From the NCBI GenBank assembly GCA_036567965.1, contig DATCTN010000008.1, positions 68,175-132,174 on the forward strand: a DNA stretch of 64,000 bases, in the 5' to 3' direction. Origin of the DNA: Candidatus Kryptoniota bacterium (GTDB lineage Bacteria; Bacteroidota; Ignavibacteria; Kryptoniales; JAKASW01). Made by a program: the position numbers and the translations under genes. The notes under the pieces were generated by a model that ran no database searches, was not told the origin of the DNA, and saw nothing but the letters and a program-made list of their open reading frames with translations. Positions 39,243 through 48,355 of this stretch are shown in pieces; the first letter of the stretch is position 1, and every line of letters begins with the position of its first letter.

Positions 39243-39297
39243 GCCGGACGGAATTACCACCTCTAACTCTTTCTTAACATCACGTCGTCCGTCCGGC
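39243..39297. terminator. Long-loop inverted repeat after the ICMT gene, flanked by an A8/T8 run (possible bidirectional terminator or the 3' end of a minus-strand RNA)
   Basis: 10-bp perfect arms GCCGGACGGA (39243-39252) and TCCGTCCGGC (39288-39297) with a 35-nt loop. An A8 run lies immediately 5' on the plus strand, which reads as a U-run after the hairpin on the minus strand. Confidence 0.35.
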
Positions 39298-39501
39298 GTT
39301 TAAAACATCAACCCATTTGAAAGACAAATGGTTTCCTTTCCAGATAGGAAAGGCAATTCTACTCGGACCGATAAGTAGTGGCATAACCGTCAGTCCTCGT
39401 GAATTGAGTGATCGTACGGGTCGTCGCGTCATTGCTTTTCATTTGTAAACCGACCTGTGACTATAAATGCGTCTGCAGCGAGCGATTAATGGCGTCTTCC
39501 C

Positions 39502-39528
39502 CAGCGCGCTTCGGCGCAAGCTGTTTTT
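39502..39528 (+). terminator. Rho-independent terminator-like hairpin with a UUCG tetraloop and a T5 run
   Basis: CAGC-GCGC-TTCG-GCGC-AA-GCTG followed by TTTTT. Lies in the middle of an ORF-free 540-bp intergenic region. Confidence 0.4.
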
Positions 39529-39774
39529 CATCAGGAATTCTCGGGCAAATCCATACGCTTTCCGATTCCGTTGAAGAATTGCCAATTAGGTTGGAGTTCT
39601 CTTCGCCCACCCGCCGATCCGCCTTCAATGAGGGTCCGCAGTCCGATTTGTGGCCGGTTTTTCTATCTCGCGCATTTTCGTTATCTTATTAAACATAAAT
39701 AGAAATTTCGCCGTAGGATTTCTGCAGACAACGCACGATCACGCCGTGACGACTCAACCTGACTGGGAACGAAT

Positions 39775-41595
39775 TTGAGAAGCTACAAACTGCGAAATAT
39801 AGCCATAATTGCACATGTTGACCATGGTAAGACGACACTCGTCGATTACATGCTTAAACAGACCGGGACGTTTCGGGATAACCAGAACATGGGGACGCGC
39901 ATTCTCGACTCGAGCGACCTTGAGCGGGAAAAGGGAATTACCATACTCGCGAAGAACGCGTCCGTTAGATACAACGATTACAAGATAAATATTGTCGACA
40001 CTCCGGGTCACTCAGATTTTGGAGGCGAAGTCGAGAGGACACTCATGATGGTCGATGGAGTCCTGCTGCTTGTCGACGCCGCCGAAGGTCCGCTCCCGCA
40101 GACGAAGTTCGTCCTGAGGAAAGCTCTGGAGCTCGACTTGATTCCGATAGTCGTGATAAACAAGATCGACAGGAAAGATGCCCGCCCCGCAGAGGTTTTG
40201 AACGAGGTCTACGATCTTTTCATCGCTCTCGGCGCTAACGACCGCCAGATCGATTTTCCGGTAGTGTACACAATCGCCAAGCAGGGAATTGCAAAAAGGT
40301 CTCTTGAAGAGAAAAGCACGAATCTTGTCCCGTTGTTCGAGACGATTGTGAAGTACATACCGGAGCCGCCGTCAGATTCTGAGTCGCCTTTCCAGATGCT
40401 CGTCATGAACATCGAGTACAACGACTACATCGGAAGATTGGGAATCGGGAGAATATTTCGGGGCACGATACGTGACGACGCGCCGATGCGGATCATTCAC
40501 GGTGATGGACGTGTTGAAGATGCGCGGATCGCAAAAATCTATACATTCGAGGGACTCAAGCGTGACGACGTGACCGAAGCGAGTGCGGGTGAGATAATTG
40601 CATTGGCGGGAATGGAGGATGTCGATATCGGAGAAACAATATGCGATCCGGCGGACATAACCCCGCTTCCGTTTGTAAATATCGAAGAGCCGACGATCTC
40701 AATGAATTTTATCGTGAACAATTCTCCGTTTGCGGGACGAGAAGGAAAGTTCGTTACCACGAGAAATCTCGCCGAGCGACTCGAACGCGAGTTGAGATCC
40801 AATGTGAGCTTGCGAGTGGAGCCGGGAAACACTCCGGACATATTCACAGTCAGCGGCAGAGGCGAGCTGCATCTTGCGATACTCATCGAGATGATGAGGA
40901 GAGAAGGTTACGAATTCCAGGTGAGCAAGCCGAAGGTCATTTACAAGACCATCAACGACAAACTTCACGAACCGGTGGAGCATGTCGTGATAGACGTGCC
41001 TGATGAATTTGTCGGAACGGTAATAGACAACCTGAGCAGGCGAAAAGGCGAGATGAAGAATCTTATTCCCAGCCGGGGTAACACGCGACTTGAGTTTATC
41101 GTGCCCGCGCGAGGACTAATCGGATTCCGCACTGAATTCATGACACAGACGAAGGGAACCGGTATACTTCACCACAACTATCACGGATACGAGCCATACA
41201 AGGGCGACGTCGAAACACGGAACAAAGGCGCGGTCGTAGCACTCGAGAGCGGAACGGCAGTAGCGTACGCCATGTGGAAACTAGGCGAGAGAATGACCTT
41301 CTTCATCGAGCCGGGCGACGAAGTTTATGCGGGAATGATCGTCGGCGAAAATGCCCGTGAGGACATTATCGTGGCGAACGTCTGCAAGACGAAACATCTT
41401 ACGAACATGCGCGCGTCCGGCTCGGACGAGGCGATCAGATTGGAGCCGCCCCATCTAATGACGGTTGAATCTTCCATAGAATGGATAAACGATGACGAGT
41501 ACGTTGAGTTCACTCCGAAATCGATCCGTCTCCGCGAAAGAATTCTCGACCATGACGACCGGTACAGATCGAGAAAGAAATCGACGGTAGGATGA
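39775..41595 (+). CDS. typA: Translational GTPase TypA/BipA
   Basis: 606 aa with a TTG start. G1 motif [10 protein letters not shown] and [14 protein letters not shown], with full-length BipA colinearity. Confidence 0.95.
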   Translation: MRSYKLRNIAIIAHVDHGKTTLVDYMLKQTGTFRDNQNMGTRILDSSDLEREKGITILAKNASVRYNDYKINIVDTPGHSDFGGEVERTLMMVDGVLLLVDAAEGPLPQTKFVLRKALELDLIPIVVINKIDRKDARPAEVLNEVYDLFIALGANDRQIDFPVVYTIAKQGIAKRSLEEKSTNLVPLFETIVKYIPEPPSDSESPFQMLVMNIEYNDYIGRLGIGRIFRGTIRDDAPMRIIHGDGRVEDARIAKIYTFEGLKRDDVTEASAGEIIALAGMEDVDIGETICDPADITPLPFVNIEEPTISMNFIVNNSPFAGREGKFVTTRNLAERLERELRSNVSLRVEPGNTPDIFTVSGRGELHLAILIEMMRREGYEFQVSKPKVIYKTINDKLHEPVEHVVIDVPDEFVGTVIDNLSRRKGEMKNLIPSRGNTRLEFIVPARGLIGFRTEFMTQTKGTGILHHNYHGYEPYKGDVETRNKGAVVALESGTAVAYAMWKLGERMTFFIEPGDEVYAGMIVGENAREDIIVANVCKTKHLTNMRASGSDEAIRLEPPHLMTVESSIEWINDDEYVEFTPKSIRLRERILDHDDRYRSRKKSTVG

Positions 41596-41661
41596 CTTTC
41601 GCGCCCCTCAGAGTGGCGTACCGGAGTTAACAGCGAATCGGGAAGGGAGAAGCGTTCTTTC

Positions 41662-42369
41662 CTATCTTCCCCTGTGAAGTCTCTCCGCCAGGAAAGTCGG
41701 CAACCCGGCGGCCACAATTTTCTCCGCGGCCATACGAACATCGTACTCGAGCCTGAAATGCTCGTAGATGAAATTCCCTGTATCAATAATTCCAAAGCTC
41801 GCGCGGTTATCGCCGTCACGCGGCTGGCCCACGCTGCCGACATTTATGAGTTCTTTCATCTGCCCTAGCGTCTCGCCCGTGCCACCCTTCGTGATCTTCC
41901 GGAATACCACCGGTATATGAGTGTGGCCGATCATGCAAATCTTTTCCTGGAACGAGGAAAGCTCGATCCTGGCGTCCGCCTCTGAAAATATGTACTTCCA
42001 TTCTCGGGGCTCGGAAGGTGAGGAATGGACCAGGAACACGTCCTTCAACTTGTGATCAAACGGAAGGTTCTTCAGCCACTCAGAATTCGCATCGGATAAA
42101 AGTTCGCGCGTATACTTGATCGCCGCTTTCGCGAAAGAGTTTATTTGCGCATAAGTCTCCCCGCTGTGAACGGCATCGTCATGGTTCCCCATGATCGTGA
42201 TTGTGGAAACGCTTCTGACGATTTCGGCGACCTCATCCGGGTTGGCGCCGTATCCGACCACATCTCCGAGACAAACGATCTCATCCACTTTTTTCGATTC
42301 GATTTCCGCGAGGACCGTTCGGAGCGCTTCGAGGTTGGAATGAATATCCGAAATTACAGCGTACCTCAT
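41662..42369 (-). CDS. Metallophosphoesterase family protein (YfcE/MJ0936-like)
   Basis: 235 aa. Motifs ISDIHSN, GDVVGYG, GNHD and GHTH. Confidence 0.8.
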   Translation of the reverse strand: MRYAVISDIHSNLEALRTVLAEIESKKVDEIVCLGDVVGYGANPDEVAEIVRSVSTITIMGNHDDAVHSGETYAQINSFAKAAIKYTRELLSDANSEWLKNLPFDHKLKDVFLVHSSPSEPREWKYIFSEADARIELSSFQEKICMIGHTHIPVVFRKITKGGTGETLGQMKELINVGSVGQPRDGDNRASFGIIDTGNFIYEHFRLEYDVRMAAEKIVAAGLPTFLAERLHRGR

Positions 42370-42541
42370 GCCAAGAGTCCCCTGTCTTCGGAGGTAGTTC
42401 CTTTGGCCGCTTCTCCCGCAACGAAAAACGAATGCAGCCTGACAATTTCGCGGACCATTTGCCCCACTTGTTCGAATCCGAGTTTGTCCGCCGGCACCGT
42501 AAGCGGATCATAAATTGCGGCGACGAACAGGTGAGCGCGCA

Positions 42542-43846
42542 TTATTGAACCTTCATAATTCTCGTGAGGTAAAGGCTGAGATCAGGCAGGTATGTCACAA
42601 TGAAGAGCGCCAGCAATGTTATGGCGAGGAACGGCAGGACGGCCCTGTAGATTTTTACGATGTCTTTCTCAAAGCGCAGGCTCGATATAAAGAGATTCAA
42701 CCCGAGAGGCGGCAGCATGTATCCGATTTCCAGATTCAGGAGAAATATGATCCCGAGATGAACCGGGTCGACACCGTACTGCTGTGCGATCGGGACAATC
42801 AGCGGAACGACGATTATGATCGCGGAAAAGATCTCGACCATATTTATAACGAGGAGAAAAAGATTCAGCAGGACAAGAAACGCAAGCTGGCTCGTGACGA
42901 ACTGGTGTATCATTTCGAAAAGCTTCATCGGGATCTGTTCGTCGATCAGATAATTTGTGAGCCCGAGCGCGGTTCCGAGCACCACGAAGATCGCCCCGAC
43001 GAGCATCATGCTCTTCTTGACTATCTTCGGAAGATCTTTGAAAAATTTGACGTCATGCAACACGAAGACTTCTATGACGAACACATAGAACGCCATGATA
43101 GCGCTTGCTTCGGTAGCCGTGAAGAAGCCGGCGTAAATTCCTCCGATGATGATGACAGGAAGGGGAATTTCCCAACCGGCCTCTTTAAACGCGGAGAGCG
43201 CCTCGCGCAACGAGAACGCCTGCCGCTTCACTCCGGACCGAACCCCTATATAGATACTGAATGCGGACAGCATAATTATTAGCATGATCCCGGGAATCAG
43301 ACCGGCCGCGAAAAGTTTGTCCACGCTGATGCCGGCGACAATCCCGTAAAGAATTATCGGTAGGCTCGGTGGAAATAACAGACCGAGGCTGCCGGAAGTC
43401 GACATCAGACCGAGTGAAAATCTCTCCGGGTATGATTGCTTTACGAGTATCGGATATAGGAGACCTCCAAGTGCAACGATCGTGACACCGGACGCGCCCG
43501 TGAAGGCGGTGAACACTGCAGTCGAGATCAGAGCGACAATCGCGAGCCCGCCCGGCATCCAGCCGAACAGCGCCATCGCCAGTCTTACAAGCCTCTTAGG
43601 TGCGTTGCTTTCGGCAAGGAGATAACCCGCAAAAGTGAAGAGAGGAATCGCGATCAGCGCCGGCAGGCTTGCAAGCCTGTAGAGCTCGACGATCACCGCA
43701 GACGTATCGACGTCCGCGAACTTGAAAAGGAGGAGTCCGCCGGCCCCGATAAGCACAAATACCGGCTCACCGAGGAGTACGAGAAGGAGAATGACGACGC
43801 CGATTATTATGTAAGTAAGCACTCGCTCATCCTTCCAAAATTGCAC
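42542..43846 (-). CDS. dctM: TRAP transporter large permease subunit (DctM)
   Basis: 434 aa, polytopic. Typical DctM length and blocks, in an operon with the Q and P subunits. Confidence 0.9.
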   Translation of the reverse strand: MQFWKDERVLTYIIIGVVILLLVLLGEPVFVLIGAGGLLLFKFADVDTSAVIVELYRLASLPALIAIPLFTFAGYLLAESNAPKRLVRLAMALFGWMPGGLAIVALISTAVFTAFTGASGVTIVALGGLLYPILVKQSYPERFSLGLMSTSGSLGLLFPPSLPIILYGIVAGISVDKLFAAGLIPGIMLIIMLSAFSIYIGVRSGVKRQAFSLREALSAFKEAGWEIPLPVIIIGGIYAGFFTATEASAIMAFYVFVIEVFVLHDVKFFKDLPKIVKKSMMLVGAIFVVLGTALGLTNYLIDEQIPMKLFEMIHQFVTSQLAFLVLLNLFLLVINMVEIFSAIIIVVPLIVPIAQQYGVDPVHLGIIFLLNLEIGYMLPPLGLNLFISSLRFEKDIVKIYRAVLPFLAITLLALFIVTYLPDLSLYLTRIMKVQ

Positions 43847-43879
43847 TCAAAAAATACGAATCCCATGTGATCGCCGCCT

Positions 43880-44392
43880 TCACACTATTTCTACAGTCTT
43901 CGGTCCAGTCAGCGCCACCTCAACTGCCCTGAACAAAAAATGAATCCCGACAAGCGCGAAGCCCGCGGGGATTATTGCTTCAAACCAGTAGGCCATCACA
44001 TTCGCTCCGAAAATCGTGAAGAGCGGCTGAGAATTGTACCTGATCTCATCGGAAACGAAAGACGTGCCAGCAGTAAAAAGGAAGTAACAGACGACTGCAG
44101 CCATGAGATCAAGGAATGCCTGGACAATCCGCTTGAATAGTGCCGGAAGACGTTTCGTTATTATGTTGATCGAGAAGTGCCGCGATTCCTTGGCGGCAAG
44201 ACCCGCCCCGAGAAAGCCGATCCAGAGGACGAGGTGCCTGAGAAATACATCCGCCCAGATTATCCCGGTCGACCAGAATTCCCTCAGGATCACCTGGAGG
44301 AACGCCATCGCAACCGTGACCGTGAGGAACACCACGAGGAGGGAGTTCTCCAGAATGCCGAGAAGATTTTCTACGGACTTGAGAAACTTCAC
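43880..44392 (-). CDS. dctQ: TRAP transporter small permease subunit (DctQ)
   Basis: 170 aa with 4 TM segments. Lies between dctP and dctM, with a 4-nt overlap with dctP. Confidence 0.8.
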   Translation of the reverse strand: MKFLKSVENLLGILENSLLVVFLTVTVAMAFLQVILREFWSTGIIWADVFLRHLVLWIGFLGAGLAAKESRHFSINIITKRLPALFKRIVQAFLDLMAAVVCYFLFTAGTSFVSDEIRYNSQPLFTIFGANVMAYWFEAIIPAGFALVGIHFLFRAVEVALTGPKTVEIV

Positions 44393-45408
44393 TTCTCTTT
44401 ATGCTCCTTCCGGAAATCAGCCAAAGCTGATTCCACTCGTTGAAGTAGGTCCGCAGTATACAAACGGCCCACGAGCATTTCGCGCGCCTCTTCACCTGTC
44501 TGATAGTAATATGCGAGGTCGCTGCCGGAGCGCGGGTGAGTCACGGTGATTCCCTTCGATTCCAGTGTCTGGATGGCTTTTACATTTTCCTCCCTGCTGA
44601 GCTGTGTCAGTTTGGCCAAGTAGATCTGCCCGTCTTTGACGAGGAGCTGCTGCAAATCCTGAGGAAGCGTATCGAAATATTTTTTCGAAATGAGTGCTGC
44701 TCCCGTCGAGTTGGCAAGAGGAACATCCAGCATATATTTCATTTTTGTGAACCACTGAAGTGGGATAATCGCAAGCGGAGGTGAGTAAACACAATTGATC
44801 ATTCCAGTTTGAAGTGCGGAATTCACGTCCGCAATGGAAAGCGGGATCGGGGCGAGCTTCAGCACCTTGAAGGAGACTTCTGCGATGGGATCACCCTCCC
44901 ACATCCATGCTTTGACATTCTGCATATCGTCCACCGAATAGACCGGCTTCTGTGTGAAGACATACACGAAACCGGGTTCAGCCCAACCGAGGAAAACAAA
45001 CCCGCCTTGTTCAAATGCTTTGCTAAACTCGGGGGTGAATTTGTCATAGATGTAATCTATCTCCGCCGTGCTGTGGAACAGGAACGGCGTATCAAGCACT
45101 CGCTCTTCCGACGCGATCTCGCCCATCCCCACTCCGGTGAATCCCGCCGCCTGGTACTCGCCGATCCTGATTTTCCTTAGTACGTCTTTTTCATCGCCAG
45201 CGACCCCGCCGGCATAGAACTTAAACCCGAGCTTCCCGCCGCTCTCCTTCCTGAGCGCGGCGTCATATTCCTTCATGACGTTCATCCATGCACTTCCGTC
45301 CGGTGCGACCGTAGCAAACTTGATGGTGTATTCCGGTGCGGTTGCCTGAGAACGAAACCCCATCAGAGAAAGCAGGATGATCGTTAAGATTCCTAAGTAC
45401 TTCAACAT
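44389..45408 (-). CDS. dctP: TRAP transporter substrate-binding protein (DctP family)
   Basis: 339 aa. Signal peptide and DctP-like periplasmic-binding-protein colinearity (FATVAPDGSAWMN...). Confidence 0.85.
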   Translation of the reverse strand: MLKYLGILTIILLSLMGFRSQATAPEYTIKFATVAPDGSAWMNVMKEYDAALRKESGGKLGFKFYAGGVAGDEKDVLRKIRIGEYQAAGFTGVGMGEIASEERVLDTPFLFHSTAEIDYIYDKFTPEFSKAFEQGGFVFLGWAEPGFVYVFTQKPVYSVDDMQNVKAWMWEGDPIAEVSFKVLKLAPIPLSIADVNSALQTGMINCVYSPPLAIIPLQWFTKMKYMLDVPLANSTGAALISKKYFDTLPQDLQQLLVKDGQIYLAKLTQLSREENVKAIQTLESKGITVTHPRSGSDLAYYYQTGEEAREMLVGRLYTADLLQRVESALADFRKEHKEK

Positions 45409-45444
45409 TTTTATCCCTTCTTTGTCTGATCCCGTCTCAACGGA

Positions 45445-46326
45445 TCAGAAGAAATCACTTTCATGTTTCAGCAGGTCCACGGCCTTAGACTTGGCGATCG
45501 CATTCGCAAGATTTTGCTCGGGAAGCAGATCGTCGGGCGCATCGATCACCTTATGCAATAGCGACTCGAAAAGATCTTTATCCTGAGTCATTACCGCATA
45601 AGACCTCGCATAGTAATAGTAAATCATCAAAAATTTTCCGTCCGAAAGTTGAAGCGCTCTTTCAAAGTGGACACGGGCGGCAGCCGTATCTCCACCGAAC
45701 ATCGAGGGAAGACTTCCCAGAATGGTACCGAAAAACAAATGCGCTCCTCCGTAGAAATACGATTCGTCGTGTTTCATTACGAAGTTCATCATCGCTTCCA
45801 CCTTCGGGAGATCGGCAACCGCGTCGGAATTGTCGCGATTAATATTCACATAATTTCCCCAGGCGTTCGCCGTCCAGAAAATTGCCGGCACGTCACTCTT
45901 ATCAAATTTTTCGAGAGATAGCTTGAAGGTGTCAACGTCGCCTCTGAAACTCGCCTTAAAGTCATCATTGTCAAACAGTATCCGCAATCCATAGTCGCGT
46001 GCGCGCTGGTAAAAAAGGCTCGCTCTATCCCTGGACGAGTCCTCGACAAATCCCAGCGCATAGCTTGTGTATCCCTGCGCGCCAAGCAAAAGGAGATCGT
46101 CGTTGTCTGGGGACTTGAGGATCAATCCGTCCAGAAGTTTGAGGTCTGTCGGGATCGCCTGCGATGCGAGCTGCAGGTCCGTTTCACGATTCATCGCTTC
46201 GAACCCGCCTTCCAAAATTCCGCTTGTCGCGCCAATTGTAACCTGCGTGACAATTCCGCAACTCTGGAATCCCAGCAGGAGCGACAGACCAACACCTACA
46301 AGGGCATTCTTAGGATATTTATTCAA
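45445..46326 (-). CDS. TatT-like TPR lipoprotein (T component of TPR-protein-associated TRAP transporters)
   Basis: 293 aa. Lipoprotein signal LLLGFQSCG, helical-repeat composition, and a position immediately upstream of dctP, as for T. pallidum TatT. The family call rests on recalled resemblance plus context. Confidence 0.5.
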   Translation of the reverse strand: MNKYPKNALVGVGLSLLLGFQSCGIVTQVTIGATSGILEGGFEAMNRETDLQLASQAIPTDLKLLDGLILKSPDNDDLLLLGAQGYTSYALGFVEDSSRDRASLFYQRARDYGLRILFDNDDFKASFRGDVDTFKLSLEKFDKSDVPAIFWTANAWGNYVNINRDNSDAVADLPKVEAMMNFVMKHDESYFYGGAHLFFGTILGSLPSMFGGDTAAARVHFERALQLSDGKFLMIYYYYARSYAVMTQDKDLFESLLHKVIDAPDDLLPEQNLANAIAKSKAVDLLKHESDFF

Positions 46327-46379
46327 TTAATTTGCTCTCAAAGCAATTACCAGCAGTGGGCCCACCCGTGGAAAATACA

Positions 46380-47351
46380 TCAAATGGACAATACCTGCGA
46401 AAGCTTTATGAGGCTGCTGTCGATTTCCTTTCGCTTTTCCCAGGTACTTCGCATGGGCGTAAGGACGATCTTGCCGTTGACTTCCCCGGCCATTACGTTT
46501 AACTCACCATTCAAGAGCGCTTCCACCGCCGCAGATCCTAACTTAGCCGCGAGCACGCGGTCTCGCGCGCTGGGATTGCCGCCCCTTTGAATATGCCCGA
46601 GTACAGTAACCCGGTAATGGAGGTGCACGAATTCACTCATTCGCTTCGCCAGGTCGACGGCACCCCCGTTAAAGGCGCCCTCGGCAATAACTACTATGCT
46701 GCTTCGCTGGCGTCCGCCCTGAGTTAGTTTATGTCGAATGGCCTCAAAATTCTCTTCTATCTCCGGAATGGCAATATATTCCGCGCCCCCACCTATTCCA
46801 ACGTCAAGTGCGATGAAACCTGATTCGCGACCCATGACCTCGACATAAAAAACTCTGTCATGTGCGTCCGCGGTGTCACGGATTTTATCAATCGCCTCAA
46901 CTGCCGTGTTAATTGCCGTGTCATAGCCGATGGTGAAGTCAGTCCCGTACAGATCGTTGTCTATGGTTCCCGGCACGCCGACCGTCGGAATCATGTGCTC
47001 ATCATATAGAAGTGTCGCGCCCTGGAAAGTTCCGTTGCCGCCAATCGCTACGAGTCCGTCTATGCCATGAGTACTGAGATTTGAGGCGGCCTTGGCCCGT
47101 CCTTCACGAGTCATGAATTCAGTGGATCGCGCGGTCTTGAGTATGGTGCCGCCTCGTTGAATAATATTCGACACCGATCTTGCTCCCATTGGAACAAAAT
47201 CGCCGTTAATCATCCCGTTATAACCATGTTGAATGCCGACCACGTCAATGTTATGATAGACAGCAGTTCTGATAATCGCCCTGAGTGCTGCATTCATGCC
47301 CGGAGCGTCACCACCACTTGTATACACACCGATTTTCTTTATCTTGCTCAT
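46380..47351 (-). CDS. pfkA: ATP-dependent 6-phosphofructokinase
   Basis: 323 aa. IGVYTSGGDAPGMNAA, GGNGTFQGA, PGTIDND and MGRESG motifs. Confidence 0.95.
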   Translation of the reverse strand: MSKIKKIGVYTSGGDAPGMNAALRAIIRTAVYHNIDVVGIQHGYNGMINGDFVPMGARSVSNIIQRGGTILKTARSTEFMTREGRAKAASNLSTHGIDGLVAIGGNGTFQGATLLYDEHMIPTVGVPGTIDNDLYGTDFTIGYDTAINTAVEAIDKIRDTADAHDRVFYVEVMGRESGFIALDVGIGGGAEYIAIPEIEENFEAIRHKLTQGGRQRSSIVVIAEGAFNGGAVDLAKRMSEFVHLHYRVTVLGHIQRGGNPSARDRVLAAKLGSAAVEALLNGELNVMAGEVNGKIVLTPMRSTWEKRKEIDSSLIKLSQVLSI

Positions 47352-47481
47352 GTCGTCCTTTGAAAACGCTTAGAATTTATCAGTTACCGGCAGAAAATGC
47401 AAAGGAGCGGTAGAACATGAGTCGGGGAATTCGTATTTTTCTCTAGGATTTTAACACGAACTAAGAATGATCTCTTGCTGA

Positions 47482-48354
47482 ATGAATAACCTGCCGCCCA
47501 ATCTTGTCAAGAGGCTGGGAAGAATCAGACTCGTCGCGACGGATCTCGACGGTACATTGCTGAACAACGAGGGAAGGGTCTCGGACCCCACCAAAGATTG
47601 CGTAAAGCAGATGAAGGATCTGGGGCTGAGAGTTGCAATCATGACTGCACGTGCGCATTCATCTGCGGAGCGGATTGCGGATGAACTCGGGGTCGAAATG
47701 CCTATAATCTCGCTTGACGGCGGACTTGTCAGGCTTCCTCACAGCGAGACGAACATATATGCAAGTTATGTCAAGCCGAAAGTTGTAAGAAGCGTCCTGG
47801 AAGCGGCTGAAAATCACCTTGCATCAGTCGCGCTATTCGTAGAGGACAAGATGATGCGACGGGAATCGGAAGCGATACTTCCCAGCTACATCGAAAGTTT
47901 CGAACTTGACAGCGTCGAGGTTGAGAATCTGTACGAATATGCGGAACACACGGTGCAAATAATCGCAGGAGCGGAATCCAAAAGGGTTATTAGTACTTTG
48001 GCGCGGGCCGCCCGTGGAATTTTTTCGGGCATCGAGCTGAAAACGTATAGAAGCTCTCATTATGATGATCGCTGGTACCTGGAGATTAAGAACAAGAACC
48101 AGTCCAAGGCAACAGGCCTCGTGCATCTCGAAAAGTATCTTAATATCGGCAAGGAGCAGGTTGCCGTTATCGGAGATTTCCGGAACGATCTTGAAGCATT
48201 CGACAGGGCGGGTGTCGGGATCGCGATGAAGAACGCCGTCTGGGAATTGAAGCAAAAGGCCGACCTGGTAACGGAAAAGTCGAACGACGAAGATGGTGCC
48301 GCTGAATTCTTTGAGCTTCTCATAGGTCTTAGAAATAATTCAAGAGAGTCCTGA
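47482..48354 (+). CDS. Cof-type HAD-IIB phosphatase
   Basis: 290 aa. HAD motif I LVATDLDGTLL and the C-terminal GDFRNDLEAF...GIAMKNA. Confidence 0.8.
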   Translation: MNNLPPNLVKRLGRIRLVATDLDGTLLNNEGRVSDPTKDCVKQMKDLGLRVAIMTARAHSSAERIADELGVEMPIISLDGGLVRLPHSETNIYASYVKPKVVRSVLEAAENHLASVALFVEDKMMRRESEAILPSYIESFELDSVEVENLYEYAEHTVQIIAGAESKRVISTLARAARGIFSGIELKTYRSSHYDDRWYLEIKNKNQSKATGLVHLEKYLNIGKEQVAVIGDFRNDLEAFDRAGVGIAMKNAVWELKQKADLVTEKSNDEDGAAEFFELLIGLRNNSRES

Positions 48355-48355
48355 G

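Noticed and set aside
39408-39692. 94-aa ORF in the typA upstream region
   Set aside because: Cys/Ser/Phe-rich, low-complexity translation with no RBS. It overlaps predicted hairpins and a terminator-like structure, so it is more likely non-coding.
42515-43282. Long antisense ORFs opposite real genes. Examples: 255 aa opposite dctM, 208 aa at 5532-6158 opposite acs, 211 aa at 15202-15837, 177 aa at 23572-24105, and 191 aa at 56523-57098.
   Set aside because: They have Arg/His/Glu/Asp- or Ser/Arg-rich compositions typical of shadow frames. Each fully overlaps a gene with strong family signatures on the other strand.
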